A stretch of 64,000 bases of DNA, taken from positions 10,239-74,238 of the forward strand of contig SWDR01000002.1 of the NCBI GenBank assembly GCA_005116815.1, written 5' to 3'. The stretch is from Nitrospira sp. Its GTDB lineage: Bacteria > Nitrospirota > Nitrospiria > Nitrospirales > Nitrospiraceae. Positions 11,580 through 21,450 of the stretch are shown piece after piece. Under the pieces are notes generated by a model, which worked only from the letters and a program-made list of their open reading frames with translations, was not told where the DNA came from and did not search any database. The stretch's first letter is position 1. Every line of letters starts with the position of its first letter. The position numbers and the translations under genes are program-made.

Positions 11580-12398
11580 ATGGAACAACCACAGCACAAA
11601 CAAGCATCTGCCAATCCTACTGCCCCGGAGACGGTGAGTGACGAATTCACCGATCAAGTGGCGGCGGATTTGACCGGAGAACTTCCAGTCCCGGTTGTGC
11701 CGACGGCGGAGCTTACCGAGGAAGTGGTCCTTGAAGAAGAGAAGGTCAAGGATGAGATCGAGATCCAGATCGATCTGCTCAAGGACTCCGATTGGGTGGT
11801 CCGTCGCGAAGCCGCGATCACGCTCGGAGAAATGGGTGACGAGCGTTGTGTGGAGCCATTGTGTAATGCGTTGCGTGACGGCGACTGGCAAGTCAGAGAA
11901 GTCGCCATCGAGGGGTTGGGCCAGATCGGTTCTCCCGCTGTCGAACTGTTGATCAAGTTGCTTCGCGATTGGGATGTCAGGAAGTATGTGATCGCGGCAT
12001 TAGGGAAGATTCGCGACGAGCGCGTGCTCGATCCGTTGATGCTGCAGCTGAAAAATGACGAGTTTAAGGACGATGCCACGAATGCCCTTGTTGAACTGGG
12101 TGAGCCGTCAGTCTCTCGCTTGGTCAAAGCGCTCAAGGACAAGGATGAGATGGTTCAGAAGCAGGCGATCATGGCTTTGGGCCGGATCAAGAGCGCCGAG
12201 GCGATCGATCCTCTCATCGTGATGCTCGGTGATAAGGATTGGTTTACTCGGTTGACGTCCGCGGCGGCACTCGAGGCGATCGGCGATGACCGTGGCCGCG
12301 ATGCGATTAAGCCGTTGATGAAAGATTCGGACATGGTGGTCAGGATGCGGGTGGAGCGAATCCTGGCGAAGTGGAAGAAGCAGCCTGCCAATGCGTAG
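11580..12398 (+). CDS. HEAT-repeat (PBS-lyase-type) protein
   Basis: Repeated D.DW.VR..A...LG.IGD..A...L units after an acidic N-terminus; 272 aa. Confidence 0.75.
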   Translation: MEQPQHKQASANPTAPETVSDEFTDQVAADLTGELPVPVVPTAELTEEVVLEEEKVKDEIEIQIDLLKDSDWVVRREAAITLGEMGDERCVEPLCNALRDGDWQVREVAIEGLGQIGSPAVELLIKLLRDWDVRKYVIAALGKIRDERVLDPLMLQLKNDEFKDDATNALVELGEPSVSRLVKALKDKDEMVQKQAIMALGRIKSAEAIDPLIVMLGDKDWFTRLTSAAALEAIGDDRGRDAIKPLMKDSDMVVRMRVERILAKWKKQPANA

Positions 12399-12401
12399 CG
12401 G

Positions 12402-12857
12402 TTATTGATTCAGTTGCCGGTCGACTTCCCGTTGAATGTCATCGATCTTCTTCAGTGATACCGCTTTCCCCATCGATAACTCTAATCTGATTTCTTGAAT
12501 CGTGCCCGTGAGTGCTCGTACGGCGAGCATCGATTCGTCTTGTTTAGCTCCCTTGGTCGCATTCTCCAACGTCTCGGCCGCAGCACTTAACTGCTTCGCG
12601 GCTTCTCCAACGTTTTTCTCGAACAGTTCTGCTTTCGCCTGCACGACTCTCGATTTACTGTCGAGGAGCGCCTGTCGCCTGCGGAGGTCTCGCTCGATCC
12701 CTCTCGTCGTGTCGTAAATGTTTCGCGACATGTCTGTGATGGAACGTTGGAGATCCGAGATCGTGTGTTGTAACGTGCCGACCGGGCGTTGACCAAAATA
12801 GAACCCGAGTCCGAATGATGTGGCGGCCAGGACGAGGGCTCCGACAAATTTCCACAT
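12402..12857 (-). CDS. Membrane-anchored coiled-coil hypothetical protein
   Basis: N-terminal TM helix (MWKFVGALVLAATSFGLGFYF) followed by heptad-like helical sequence; 151 aa. Confidence 0.5.
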   Translation of the reverse strand: MWKFVGALVLAATSFGLGFYFGQRPVGTLQHTISDLQRSITDMSRNIYDTTRGIERDLRRRQALLDSKSRVVQAKAELFEKNVGEAAKQLSAAAETLENATKGAKQDESMLAVRALTGTIQEIRLELSMGKAVSLKKIDDIQREVDRQLNQ

Positions 12858-12873
12858 GGCGAGATCCTTTCGA

Positions 12874-14286
12874 CTAATGGGCTTTGGGGAATGGCGCGGA
12901 GCGTCGGAGTTGCTGCAGGAGACTTCCGGCGGCTGCGAGACGAATGGCGACGTCTGAGTCCTGCAGCCCTTTCTTGATCAACGGCATCACCGAGGCGGTG
13001 CTCCTTCCCAGGGCTTTCGCGGCCATGAGGCGCGGCTGTGGTTGCTGGTCTTGCAAGAGCATTTGTAAAATAACGGCGGCTTGTTTATCGGGTGCTACGG
13101 CCAATGCGTGGGCCGCAGCGGCGCGTATAGAGGGGTCCTGGTGTCTCGCCAAGTCTGCTGCGAGCAAGATGGCCGATGTGTCGCCCAATCGAAGCAGCCC
13201 TTCTGCAGCACTGGCTCGCGCCTGCATGTTGGCATCTCGCGTGAGGGCTTGCAGCAACGGCCGGTTCTCCCGTATTCCCAACCGCCCAAGGCTCGTGGCA
13301 GCGATGGCGCGTACGCGCGCGTTGTCATCGCCCAGCGCATGGGTTAAGGGTGCGACCCCACCGGATTGTCCAAAATCACCCAATGCCCCTGCGGCGAATG
13401 CGCGGACCGATGGCTCGGGATCGTAGACTCCCTGGCTGAGGACCGACAGACTTGATGGGCGCTTCAGTTGTCCCAGCACTCCCAAGGCTGCCATGCGAAC
13501 CTCGGGGTCAGGAAGTGTTGCCGCGCCGGTAATGTCAGTCAGCATATCCAGTTTGCCGAGCCGATAGAGTGCGGCATACGCGAACACGGCTTCAGGTCCG
13601 TCGTCCGTCCTGGCAACCGCAATGAGTTGGGGCATGATGGCCGTGACCTTGGCCTCGCTCAGCGCGTTCATGGCGGCAATACGGACGGCCGGCATGGCAT
13701 CGTTCATCGCCCGTTGTAGGGGGCCGGACTTTCCTGCGAGGCCGGCCTTTCCGATCGCTTCGGCGGCGCGGGCTCGGACGAGGACCGATGTGTCGAGGAG
13801 CCCGTCTTCCAGCACAGCTTGTGTCTCTGCGAGGCCGAGTTCGGCTAAGACTGTGTAGGCAGCAATCCGGACATATTCCTGCGAATCGCGGACATGGCTG
13901 GTTACGAAGCTGAGGGCCAATGGCCGTAAGAGGATTCGATCGTCTGGCGCGTCAGGTGGGACCAACCGGTGGTAGAGGGTGAGGGCCTCTTCCGGCCGTC
14001 CAAGCTTGAGGGCACTCTGGAAGGCGAGCCGGATGAGTGACTTCGATGGGGTGGCTTCTGGCGGGATCGATTGCCAGAGTTTCATCACCTGGTCGTACTC
14101 AGCATGGTTGAACGCGTTCGTGGCCTCGCGTTCAAGGGCAGCTCCTATCGGGGATTGTGCGGTGCCTGCTTCGGCTACGGGTAGACGTAGCACGCTTGTT
14201 CCAAGACAGAGCAGCAGCAGTAACTGCAGCCATATGGCGGCGGTGTGACGGTCTGGTATAGGGCTAGGTTGAAGGTCGTTTACCAT
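12874..14286 (-). CDS. HEAT-repeat protein with an N-terminal signal/anchor
   Basis: 470 aa with multiple D....VR..AA.ALG repeats. Its start overlaps the glgP stop by 7 nt. Confidence 0.7.
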   Translation of the reverse strand: MVNDLQPSPIPDRHTAAIWLQLLLLLCLGTSVLRLPVAEAGTAQSPIGAALEREATNAFNHAEYDQVMKLWQSIPPEATPSKSLIRLAFQSALKLGRPEEALTLYHRLVPPDAPDDRILLRPLALSFVTSHVRDSQEYVRIAAYTVLAELGLAETQAVLEDGLLDTSVLVRARAAEAIGKAGLAGKSGPLQRAMNDAMPAVRIAAMNALSEAKVTAIMPQLIAVARTDDGPEAVFAYAALYRLGKLDMLTDITGAATLPDPEVRMAALGVLGQLKRPSSLSVLSQGVYDPEPSVRAFAAGALGDFGQSGGVAPLTHALGDDNARVRAIAATSLGRLGIRENRPLLQALTRDANMQARASAAEGLLRLGDTSAILLAADLARHQDPSIRAAAAHALAVAPDKQAAVILQMLLQDQQPQPRLMAAKALGRSTASVMPLIKKGLQDSDVAIRLAAAGSLLQQLRRSAPFPKAH

Positions 14287-16439
14287 GTCGAGGGTGTGCG
14301 AACCATAGCCGGTGCGTAGAGCTTGTCGACGTATTCCTTGACCATTCGTTTGGTGCAGAATCTGGGAGCATTGGTCCGAAGGTTTTCTTTCATGAGCTGC
14401 ACCCAGCCTCGGGGTATCCCGTCAAGGTCTCGTTGATAGTAGAGGGGGATGGCCTCTTGCTCCAGCATGCGATAGAGCTGTTGGGCATCGTGCTCGTCCT
14501 GGGCCTGAATATCCTGGTTTTCAAGTAATGGCTCAATGCCCCATCCATTGGCTCCGTTGTAGCCTTCTTTCCACCAGCCATCAAGGACGCTGAGATTGAT
14601 GACGCCGTTGAGTGCGGCCTTTTGCCCGCTCGTTCCGCTCGCTTCCAAGGGGAACCGTGGCGTATTGAGCCAAATGTCGACCCCTTGGACGAGAAATTTC
14701 GCCATGTGCATATCGTAGTTCTCGATGAAGGCCACGTGTCCGCCCAATTTATGGTCGTCGCAAAAACTCAATACTTCATGGATGAAATAGCGACCAGGTT
14801 CATCGGCTGGATGGGCCTTGCCGGCAAAGATCAATTGGACGGGACGCCATTGGTTATGGAGCAACTGTTTCAGCCGTTCGAGGTCTCGGAACAGCAGGGT
14901 TGCCCGCTTATAGGTGGCAAAACGCCTGGCGAAGCCGATGGTGAGCGCTTCAGGGTCAAGCAGCGTGCCTCGGGTTAAGACTTGCGAGGCTTGGAGATGG
15001 CCCTGCATCCAGCCGCTTCTGGCACGTTCCCGGATGAAGCCCATCAGTTTGCGTTTCCTGGTTTGGCGCACCGCCCAGAGTTCCTGATCTGGAATATCCA
15101 GGACCCGTTGCCACATCGCCGTGTCGTCGCATTTGTCCGCCCATTCCGGGCCCAGATATTTGGCATAGAGTTGGTTGAGTTCCGGTGCGATCCAGGTCGG
15201 GGCGTGGATGCCATTGGTCACGCTACGGATGGGGACCTGCTCGATGGCCAGTCCCGGCCACATATGGTGCCACATCTCACGCGAGACCCGTCCATGTTCA
15301 CGGCTGACTCCGTTCACATGGGCGGCCATCCGGATCGCGAGTGCCGTCATGTTGAACCCTTGTCCCTGGGACTCGGGTGTGTCGCCCAATCGAAGGAAGT
15401 CTTCACGCGAGAGACCCAGTTGATCCCAATAGCCGGTAAAGTATCGGTCCATGAGGTGATGGGGGAACACGTCGTGGCCGGCTGGCACCGGGGTATGGGT
15501 CGTAAAGACGGTGCTCTGGCGGACCGTTTCGCAGGCGTCTGCGTGGGTCGACCCTTTTTGGATCAATTCGCGAATGCGTTCAAGTGTGAGGAAGGCAGAG
15601 TGGCCTTCATTGGCATGCCAGACTGTCGGTGTGATGCCCAAGGCTCGAAGCATTCGGACGCCGCCGATACCCAACAGATATTCCTGACAGAGGCGCATCT
15701 CTTGATCGCCGCCATACAGTCGAGCTGAAAGAGCCCGGTTCTCAGGGCTGTTCTCGGGGACGTCTGTATCGATGAGGTAGAGGGGCACCCGTCCGGCAAG
15801 CACTTTCCAGACTGCTGCCGTGACGACTCGACTGCCGATCTCGACCGTAATTCTGCAGGGCTCTCCCGATGGAGTGAGGGCAGGATGAATCGGTGACTCT
15901 GCTTGTTTGAATGGAGCATAGGCCGCTTCTTGCCATCCTTCCGGCGTGATCCGTTGTCGAAAATATCCTTGTGGATACATGAATCCGATTCCCACCAGGG
16001 GCACGCCCAGGTCGCTGGCTTCCTTACAATGGTCCCCGGCAAGAATGCCCAGGCCACCACTGTAAATCGGGATGGACCTATGGAGACCAAACTCGGCAGA
16101 GAAGTAGGCGATGGTGGGGGCTTTCAAGTCGCCGTGTTGTGTTTTAAACCAACTTTGTTTGTTCTGCAGATACTCGTCAAATATCTTGAGGGCGGCAGAG
16201 TACAACCGCATATACGAGGGATCTTGGGTGAGGTGCATGAGTCGGTCTGGTCTGACCTTTGCCAGTAACTCGACGGGGTTGTGGTGGGTCAGTACCCAGA
16301 GGGTTGGATCGATGTGTTCAAACAGTCGACGAGTCTCCGGGGTCCAACTCCACCAGAGGTTATGGGCCAATTCCATGAGACGTGAGAGGCCGGATGGAAT
16401 GCCATTCGAGACACTGGTTGCTGTTTGCGAAGTATCCAC
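14280..16439 (-). CDS. glgP: Alpha-glucan (glycogen/maltodextrin) phosphorylase, GT35 short form
   Basis: AYFSAEFG...YSGGLGILAGDH...; EASGTSGQKAALNG (the pyridoxal-phosphate Lys region); 719 aa. Confidence 0.88.
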   Translation of the reverse strand: MDTSQTATSVSNGIPSGLSRLMELAHNLWWSWTPETRRLFEHIDPTLWVLTHHNPVELLAKVRPDRLMHLTQDPSYMRLYSAALKIFDEYLQNKQSWFKTQHGDLKAPTIAYFSAEFGLHRSIPIYSGGLGILAGDHCKEASDLGVPLVGIGFMYPQGYFRQRITPEGWQEAAYAPFKQAESPIHPALTPSGEPCRITVEIGSRVVTAAVWKVLAGRVPLYLIDTDVPENSPENRALSARLYGGDQEMRLCQEYLLGIGGVRMLRALGITPTVWHANEGHSAFLTLERIRELIQKGSTHADACETVRQSTVFTTHTPVPAGHDVFPHHLMDRYFTGYWDQLGLSREDFLRLGDTPESQGQGFNMTALAIRMAAHVNGVSREHGRVSREMWHHMWPGLAIEQVPIRSVTNGIHAPTWIAPELNQLYAKYLGPEWADKCDDTAMWQRVLDIPDQELWAVRQTRKRKLMGFIRERARSGWMQGHLQASQVLTRGTLLDPEALTIGFARRFATYKRATLLFRDLERLKQLLHNQWRPVQLIFAGKAHPADEPGRYFIHEVLSFCDDHKLGGHVAFIENYDMHMAKFLVQGVDIWLNTPRFPLEASGTSGQKAALNGVINLSVLDGWWKEGYNGANGWGIEPLLENQDIQAQDEHDAQQLYRMLEQEAIPLYYQRDLDGIPRGWVQLMKENLRTNAPRFCTKRMVKEYVDKLYAPAMVRTPSTW

Positions 16440-16525
16440 TGCACCTCCTGGTTCTCGTATCGAAGTCTGTGTGCACGCCGGACTTCGCTAGTCTGTACGT
16501 GTGGGGAAAAAGGAAAATACTCCCG

Positions 16526-16684
16526 CAGGATGCTCGAAAAGGCCGTTCAGCAAGGCCGCAGGCGAATCGAAACCGGAGGCGTACCCTCGGGGGTACGTTG
16601 AGGATTTCGATGAGTCGACCTGCCTGCGCGAAGCCGCTTCGGCGAAGGCAGGGAACGAAGCTGGCGGACTTTTTCGGCATCCTG
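16526..16684. repeat. Dispersed palindromic intergenic repeat, copy A (MITE/REP-like)
   Basis: Termini CAGGATGCTCGAAAAGGCCG...CGGACTTTTTCGGCATCCTG are inverted repeats. Central palindrome CGTACCC-TCGG-GGGTACG. Aligns along its length with 56130-56252 but carries an extra hairpin insert of about 38 nt. Confidence 0.75.
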
Positions 16685-16693
16685 CTAAAGCGG

Positions 16694-17548
16694 TCAGGCG
16701 TGACCGGCTTTATGCCATGACGTCCATTCGTCGGAGAATGCCACAGAGGCATAACGTTCGCCAAGGATTTTTGCCACTCGGTTCATCAGCCTGGTGACTT
16801 GTTGCATGTCTTCAGGAGGAAGATCTTGCCGGAATCGTGGGTGCAGTCCCCAGCGAGTTTCGACCTCTTCTCCTTCGACGGTTGACATCACGCTGACCAA
16901 TTTGATTTCGGTTCCTGTTGGCCCCTGAGGTTCAGGTGTCGCAGGGGGCGGTGGCAGGGTGGATGCGGTCGCTGGAGCGGCGGTATTGACGGCGGAGACA
17001 GGCGGCGCGTCTCCGGCTAAGACTGCTTTGATGGCTGGAATGACGGCGCTCGCGCAGAGGGTTGCCGCCGAGGATACGTGCTCGTTCCCTGCGATGCCCA
17101 TCGCATCGGCGACTCGTCCGCCAAAGTCTTTCAGCATCTCGTTTTTTTCGGAGGTGTCCTCGGTGACCAGGAACCGGTATCGCTCATAGGTTTGCCGGCT
17201 TTCTGCCACCGCCGCACCGACGGTGAGCATGATTTCCGTTTGGTCGGCGCCAGTGCCGAATGCCGGTTCAAGCACACTTTTTAATTGCAGTGTCACCGCG
17301 TCTTCGAGACTGTCCATAAACAGGGGCTGGTCTTTGATCGGCAAGTAGAGAATGGAGAGCCGGTCCGTGAGGTTGAACATGACTTTGAGGAATTCAAGGT
17401 AGATGCCCCATTCATCGTGCCGTTTCAATTTCAAGGCTCGTTCCGGGGCGTTCCGTTTCATGACGCTCACGGATTCGCCGGCGACGGCGAGTATCAATTC
17501 GGCGATCCCGCGGAGTTGTTCGCTATAAGGATTTTTGGACGTTCCCAC
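16694..17548 (-). CDS. Hypothetical protein with an Ala/Pro-rich internal linker
   Basis: 284-aa ORF with good coding appearance. No motif I recognise. Confidence 0.5.
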   Translation of the reverse strand: MGTSKNPYSEQLRGIAELILAVAGESVSVMKRNAPERALKLKRHDEWGIYLEFLKVMFNLTDRLSILYLPIKDQPLFMDSLEDAVTLQLKSVLEPAFGTGADQTEIMLTVGAAVAESRQTYERYRFLVTEDTSEKNEMLKDFGGRVADAMGIAGNEHVSSAATLCASAVIPAIKAVLAGDAPPVSAVNTAAPATASTLPPPPATPEPQGPTGTEIKLVSVMSTVEGEEVETRWGLHPRFRQDLPPEDMQQVTRLMNRVAKILGERYASVAFSDEWTSWHKAGHA

Positions 17549-17719
17549 AATGACCTCACATAAAAAGAGGGGCCATTATATACAGGTTACGGCTCGGTCT
17601 CCAAGGGCCGTCTCTCTGGTGCGTTTTTTGATCGATCAAGCATGGGCCGGGATCAGTGGGTCCATTTGAAAGGGCCACCCCAGTATGCTATAGAGCGCGA
17701 CCACCTCACGAGCTGCTAC

Positions 17720-19747
17720 ATGAACCGAGACAGTACCCCGTATGTGTTGAAGCGGTCGCCGGACCAAGGGCCGGCCTCCGTGCTCTCGCTTAACTATGCC
17801 GCAGCGTTGAATGCCCAGCAGCTTGCGGCGGTAACCGCCGGCGAGGGGCCAGCCTTGGTCATTGCCGGCGCCGGCAGCGGCAAGACGCGAACGCTGGTCT
17901 ATCGCGTGGCCTATTTGATCGACTCGGGAGTCGATCCGTCTCACATTCTGCTGCTCACCTTTACGAGAAAATCGTCGCAGGAGATGCTCGAACGTGCGGG
18001 CGAGTTGATCGGCGTGCGCAGCGAGCGGGTGCGTGGCGGCACGTTCCATTCCGTGGCCAATATGTTGCTCCGGCGTTATGGCCGAGCGATCGGCCTGGAG
18101 CCCGGCTTTACCATTCTGGATCGGGGTGATGCAGAAGACTTGATCGCTCTGGTTCGTGTGCAGCTCGGTTTGAACGAAAAAGACAAGCGCTTTCCCCGGA
18201 AGGGTACGATTGCGGAGATGTTCAGCAAATCCGAAAATACCCTGCGTCCGCTCGACGAGATTGTCGTCGAAGAGTTCAATCATTTCGCGGACCATCTGGA
18301 GGCGCTGGGTCAGTTGCAGCAGGGCTATCAGGCGTCGAAACGCCAGCGCCAGCTGGTGGATTATGACGACTTACTGGTGCTGCTGCGGCGGCTCTTGATG
18401 GAAGATGAGGCGGTCAGGCGGACGATTTCATCGCTGTATCGGTATATTCTGGTGGATGAGTATCAGGACACCAATCGCTTGCAGGCGGATGTCATTCGGC
18501 ACCTTGCGTCCACTCATCGGAACGTCATGGTCGTCGGGGACGACTCGCAATCCATCTACGCGTTTCGTGGTGCGACGTTCAAAAACATCATGGAGTTTCC
18601 GTCGCTCTTTCCCGGCACCACGATTTATAAGCTTGAAGAGAACTACCGCAGTACCCAGCCGATCCTGAATCTCGCGAATGCCGTGATCGACGTGGCAACT
18701 GAGAAATATACCAAGCGGCTCTTTACCCGGAAGTTGGACGGGCCATTGCCGACGTTGGTGGAAGCGGCAGGGGAAAATGCTCAATCGCGCTTCATCGCGC
18801 AGAAGATTTTGGAGCTGCGGGAGGAAGGGGTCCCGCTCAGCGAAATGGCGGTGCTGTTTCGGTCGAGTTTCCATTCCTTCGATCTGGAAATTGAGCTGTC
18901 ACGTCACGGACTGCCATTTATCAAGCGTGGCGGGGTCAAATTTATCGAGACCGCACATGTCAAGGATCTGTTGGCCCATTTGCGAGTGGTGGCGAACCCG
19001 CTGGATCTCGTCAGCTGGCATCGCGTGCTCATGCTCATCGAAGGTGTCGGGCCGAAAAAAGCGCAGGATGTCATGGCGGCGCTCGTGAAGTCTGACAATC
19101 CCTACCATGCCCTTTCTGCGATGACTGGGCGAACGGGGCAGGGGCTGAAGGATTTGGGGCTGACTCTCGAAAGTCTTGCGGGAGGCGAAGAGTTGCGGCC
19201 CGCGCATTTGGTTAGCCAGATCTATGAGTATTACCTGCCGATTTTCAAGGAGCAGTACGACGACTATCCCAAGCGTGCGCGGGATCTGGACCATTTGCAG
19301 ACGATCGCGGAGCGGTATCAAGAGCTTGAAGCTTTTCTGTCGGATCTGGCGCTAGAGCCACCGGATGGGAGCGCCGCCGGCAACGAGGCCCCCGATCGCG
19401 ATGACGAGAGGCTCGTGCTGTCCACCATCCATTCGGCTAAGGGGCTTGAGTGGCAATCGGTATTCGTCATGTGGGTTGTGGATGGACGGTTTCCCTCGGT
19501 CTATGCGTTCGGTGAGGACGAGGAGCTCGAGGAGGAGCGTCGTCTGTTCTATGTTGCCGTGACGAGAGCCAAGCGGTATCTGTACCTCACCTATCCGATC
19601 AATGTGTTCGATCGGGGCAGTGGCATGGTGCTCTCGAACCCCTCTCGTTTCCTGGACCCTGTATCGCCTGCGTTACTGAATCAGCTGACCCTCATGGAGG
19701 AAGGGGGGCGGCCTGACTGGTATGCCCGTGATGACCATGAGATGTGA
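17720..19747 (+). CDS. UvrD/PcrA/Rep-family ATP-dependent DNA helicase
   Basis: LNAQQLAAV...VIAGAGSGKTRTLVYRV (motif I), ILVDEYQDTN (motif II), VVGDDSQSIYAFRGA, NYRST, TIHSAKGLEW, LFYVAVTRAK. Confidence 0.9.
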   Translation: MNRDSTPYVLKRSPDQGPASVLSLNYAAALNAQQLAAVTAGEGPALVIAGAGSGKTRTLVYRVAYLIDSGVDPSHILLLTFTRKSSQEMLERAGELIGVRSERVRGGTFHSVANMLLRRYGRAIGLEPGFTILDRGDAEDLIALVRVQLGLNEKDKRFPRKGTIAEMFSKSENTLRPLDEIVVEEFNHFADHLEALGQLQQGYQASKRQRQLVDYDDLLVLLRRLLMEDEAVRRTISSLYRYILVDEYQDTNRLQADVIRHLASTHRNVMVVGDDSQSIYAFRGATFKNIMEFPSLFPGTTIYKLEENYRSTQPILNLANAVIDVATEKYTKRLFTRKLDGPLPTLVEAAGENAQSRFIAQKILELREEGVPLSEMAVLFRSSFHSFDLEIELSRHGLPFIKRGGVKFIETAHVKDLLAHLRVVANPLDLVSWHRVLMLIEGVGPKKAQDVMAALVKSDNPYHALSAMTGRTGQGLKDLGLTLESLAGGEELRPAHLVSQIYEYYLPIFKEQYDDYPKRARDLDHLQTIAERYQELEAFLSDLALEPPDGSAAGNEAPDRDDERLVLSTIHSAKGLEWQSVFVMWVVDGRFPSVYAFGEDEELEEERRLFYVAVTRAKRYLYLTYPINVFDRGSGMVLSNPSRFLDPVSPALLNQLTLMEEGGRPDWYARDDHEM

Positions 19748-19789
19748 TCGGTCCTTCCTGAGATAGCTTTTCCATCCACGAGTTGATCA

Positions 19790-20707
19790 ATGTCGATGGT
19801 GTCTGCGTTGCGTAGAGTGGCCTTGATAGGCCTCCTGTTAGGCTGCCTCTCTTCCCTGCCGAATGCGGGGTTGTCGGAGGAGCGTCCCTCGTTGGCGAAC
19901 CGGATGTGGAGTCAGCTGCTCAGTGAGGCGCAGGGGCTGGGTCTTCCGACGAAGTTCCTCAAGGCGATCCCGCCAAGCTTCATCCAGTTTGAGTTCGACG
20001 ATTTGCGCACCTATGCCGCTGAGTATCATCTCGGCGAGCATCGGATGGTGCTCAATCGCGTGTTGTCCTTCAATGGGGCCGGCGCCACGTTGCGCCCGCT
20101 TGGACGGCTTACGCATACCGAAATCGAGACGCTCTACCATGAACTGTTTCACGCCTATGTCGATTATCTGGCCACGGCGGCGGCTGAGGCGTTGCCGGAT
20201 CCAGTGCTCGTTTTTGCGAGGGCGCAACAGGGCTGTCGCTATGGAGCGGTTCTGATCACGCCGGTGGTGCAGCGGAAGGGTGAAACGGAGGAGAGGTTCC
20301 TGTCTGAACGCGAATCGTGGGAAGCCCTCAACGAAACCTGGGCGGTGTTTGTCGGGTGGATGGTGTGGAATCAGTTGGAATTGACGAAGGACGCAGGGCA
20401 GTCGATCCAAAAGTCCGGGAGGATTCAGGACGAATGGGTGCGTCGTCTTAGGACTGCCGATCGAGAAGGGGCCCTCCGTGGGTATTACGAGCCTGAAGAC
20501 CCTGCTGAGAGGGTCGTGACTCACAAGCGATACTTGGCGGCTGCCTCGCGCTTGTCATCAGAGGAAGCGGCGGTGCTGATGAGAGATGTGATGGGGGCCT
20601 CCCCTGGTCTTCTCACTCGCTCGATTGGTGTATTGGCTGGATCGGAAGAACCGGGCGAGCGACAAGGGCAATGTAGCGGCAAGCGCTCGGGCTCCGTCAT
20701 GCCATGA
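19790..20707 (+). CDS. Secreted hypothetical protein
   Basis: Signal-like MSMVSALRRVALIGLLLGCLSSLPNAG; 305 aa; no recognised domain. Confidence 0.5.
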   Translation: MSMVSALRRVALIGLLLGCLSSLPNAGLSEERPSLANRMWSQLLSEAQGLGLPTKFLKAIPPSFIQFEFDDLRTYAAEYHLGEHRMVLNRVLSFNGAGATLRPLGRLTHTEIETLYHELFHAYVDYLATAAAEALPDPVLVFARAQQGCRYGAVLITPVVQRKGETEERFLSERESWEALNETWAVFVGWMVWNQLELTKDAGQSIQKSGRIQDEWVRRLRTADREGALRGYYEPEDPAERVVTHKRYLAAASRLSSEEAAVLMRDVMGASPGLLTRSIGVLAGSEEPGERQGQCSGKRSGSVMP

Positions 20708-20834
20708 GTTGTATCCGGGATAGATATAAGAGGAGAGGTAGGGGCGGTGGTGCCGAAAGTCGTGAATGGAGGGTCTTTCGACAGGGTAATGCGTGGGTGC
20801 TCTGAGAAAAACAAGACAATTCTGATTTTGGGTC

Positions 20835-20863
20835 TTGACTTCGCCATACCTCATCAATAGAAT
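20835..20863 (+). promoter_or_regulatory. Sigma70-type promoter of the tRNA cluster
   Basis: TTGACT (20835-20840), 17 nt spacer, TAGAAT (20858-20863), about 160 nt upstream of tRNA-Tyr. Confidence 0.4.
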
Positions 20864-21025
20864 CGAGCGTTTCCTGAACAAGGCTGTGTCCGCATTTCGC
20901 CGCAATTGCCCTTATTTATAAGGACAGGGGGAGATGTGCGTGGACCAGCTTACTCTTCTTTCCTCATCATGCGATGAAAAAGAAGCTGAGATTGATGTCT
21001 GTAGATTTGTCGTGTGGGGCGTTTT

Positions 21026-21110
21026 GGGCAGGTACCCAAGTGGCCAAAGGGGGCAGACTGTAAATCTGTTGCCATCGGCTTCCAAGGTTCGAATCCTTGC
21101 CTGCCCACCA
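21026..21110 (+). tRNA. tRNA-Tyr (anticodon GTA)
   Basis: GGGCAGG...CAGACTGTAAATCTG...long variable arm...GGTTCGAATCC...CCTGCCCACCA. Confidence 0.9.
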
Positions 21111-21202
21111 TCATCTGGCTTGTGGGCTGTAGGGGTTTGGGGCCTAATCGAGGGCGGTTGTGGAGTGTGCAGCAGCGGTTTGAGACTGTGGAGAGAAGAC
21201 GG

Positions 21203-21277
21203 GCGGGCGTAGCTCAGTGGTAGAGTTCCAGCCTTCCAAGCTGGCTGTCGTGGGTTCAAATCCCATCGCCCGCTCCA
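21203..21277 (+). tRNA. tRNA-Gly (anticodon TCC)
   Basis: GCGGGCGTAGCTCAGTGGTAGAGT TCCAGC-CTTCCAA-GCTGG...GGTTCAAATCC...CGCCCGCTCCA. Confidence 0.9.
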
Positions 21278-21341
21278 AACCGAGCTTGCTCGACCCGGAG
21301 CGAATACGATGGGCGCGACGGGAAAAGGCGTGAAAGTGATG

Positions 21342-21417
21342 GCCCACGTAGCTCAGTTGGTAGAGCACGTCCTTGGTAAGGACGAGGTCACGCGTTCGAT
21401 CCGCGTCGTGGGCTCCA
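21342..21417 (+). tRNA. tRNA-Thr (anticodon GGT)
   Basis: GCCCACGTAGCTCAGTTGGTAGAGC ACGTCC-TTGGTAA-GGACG...GGTTCGATCC...CGTGGGCTCCA. Confidence 0.9.
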
Positions 21418-21450
21418 TGCAGGACCGTGACGACCGAAGGGTGGCGAGTG

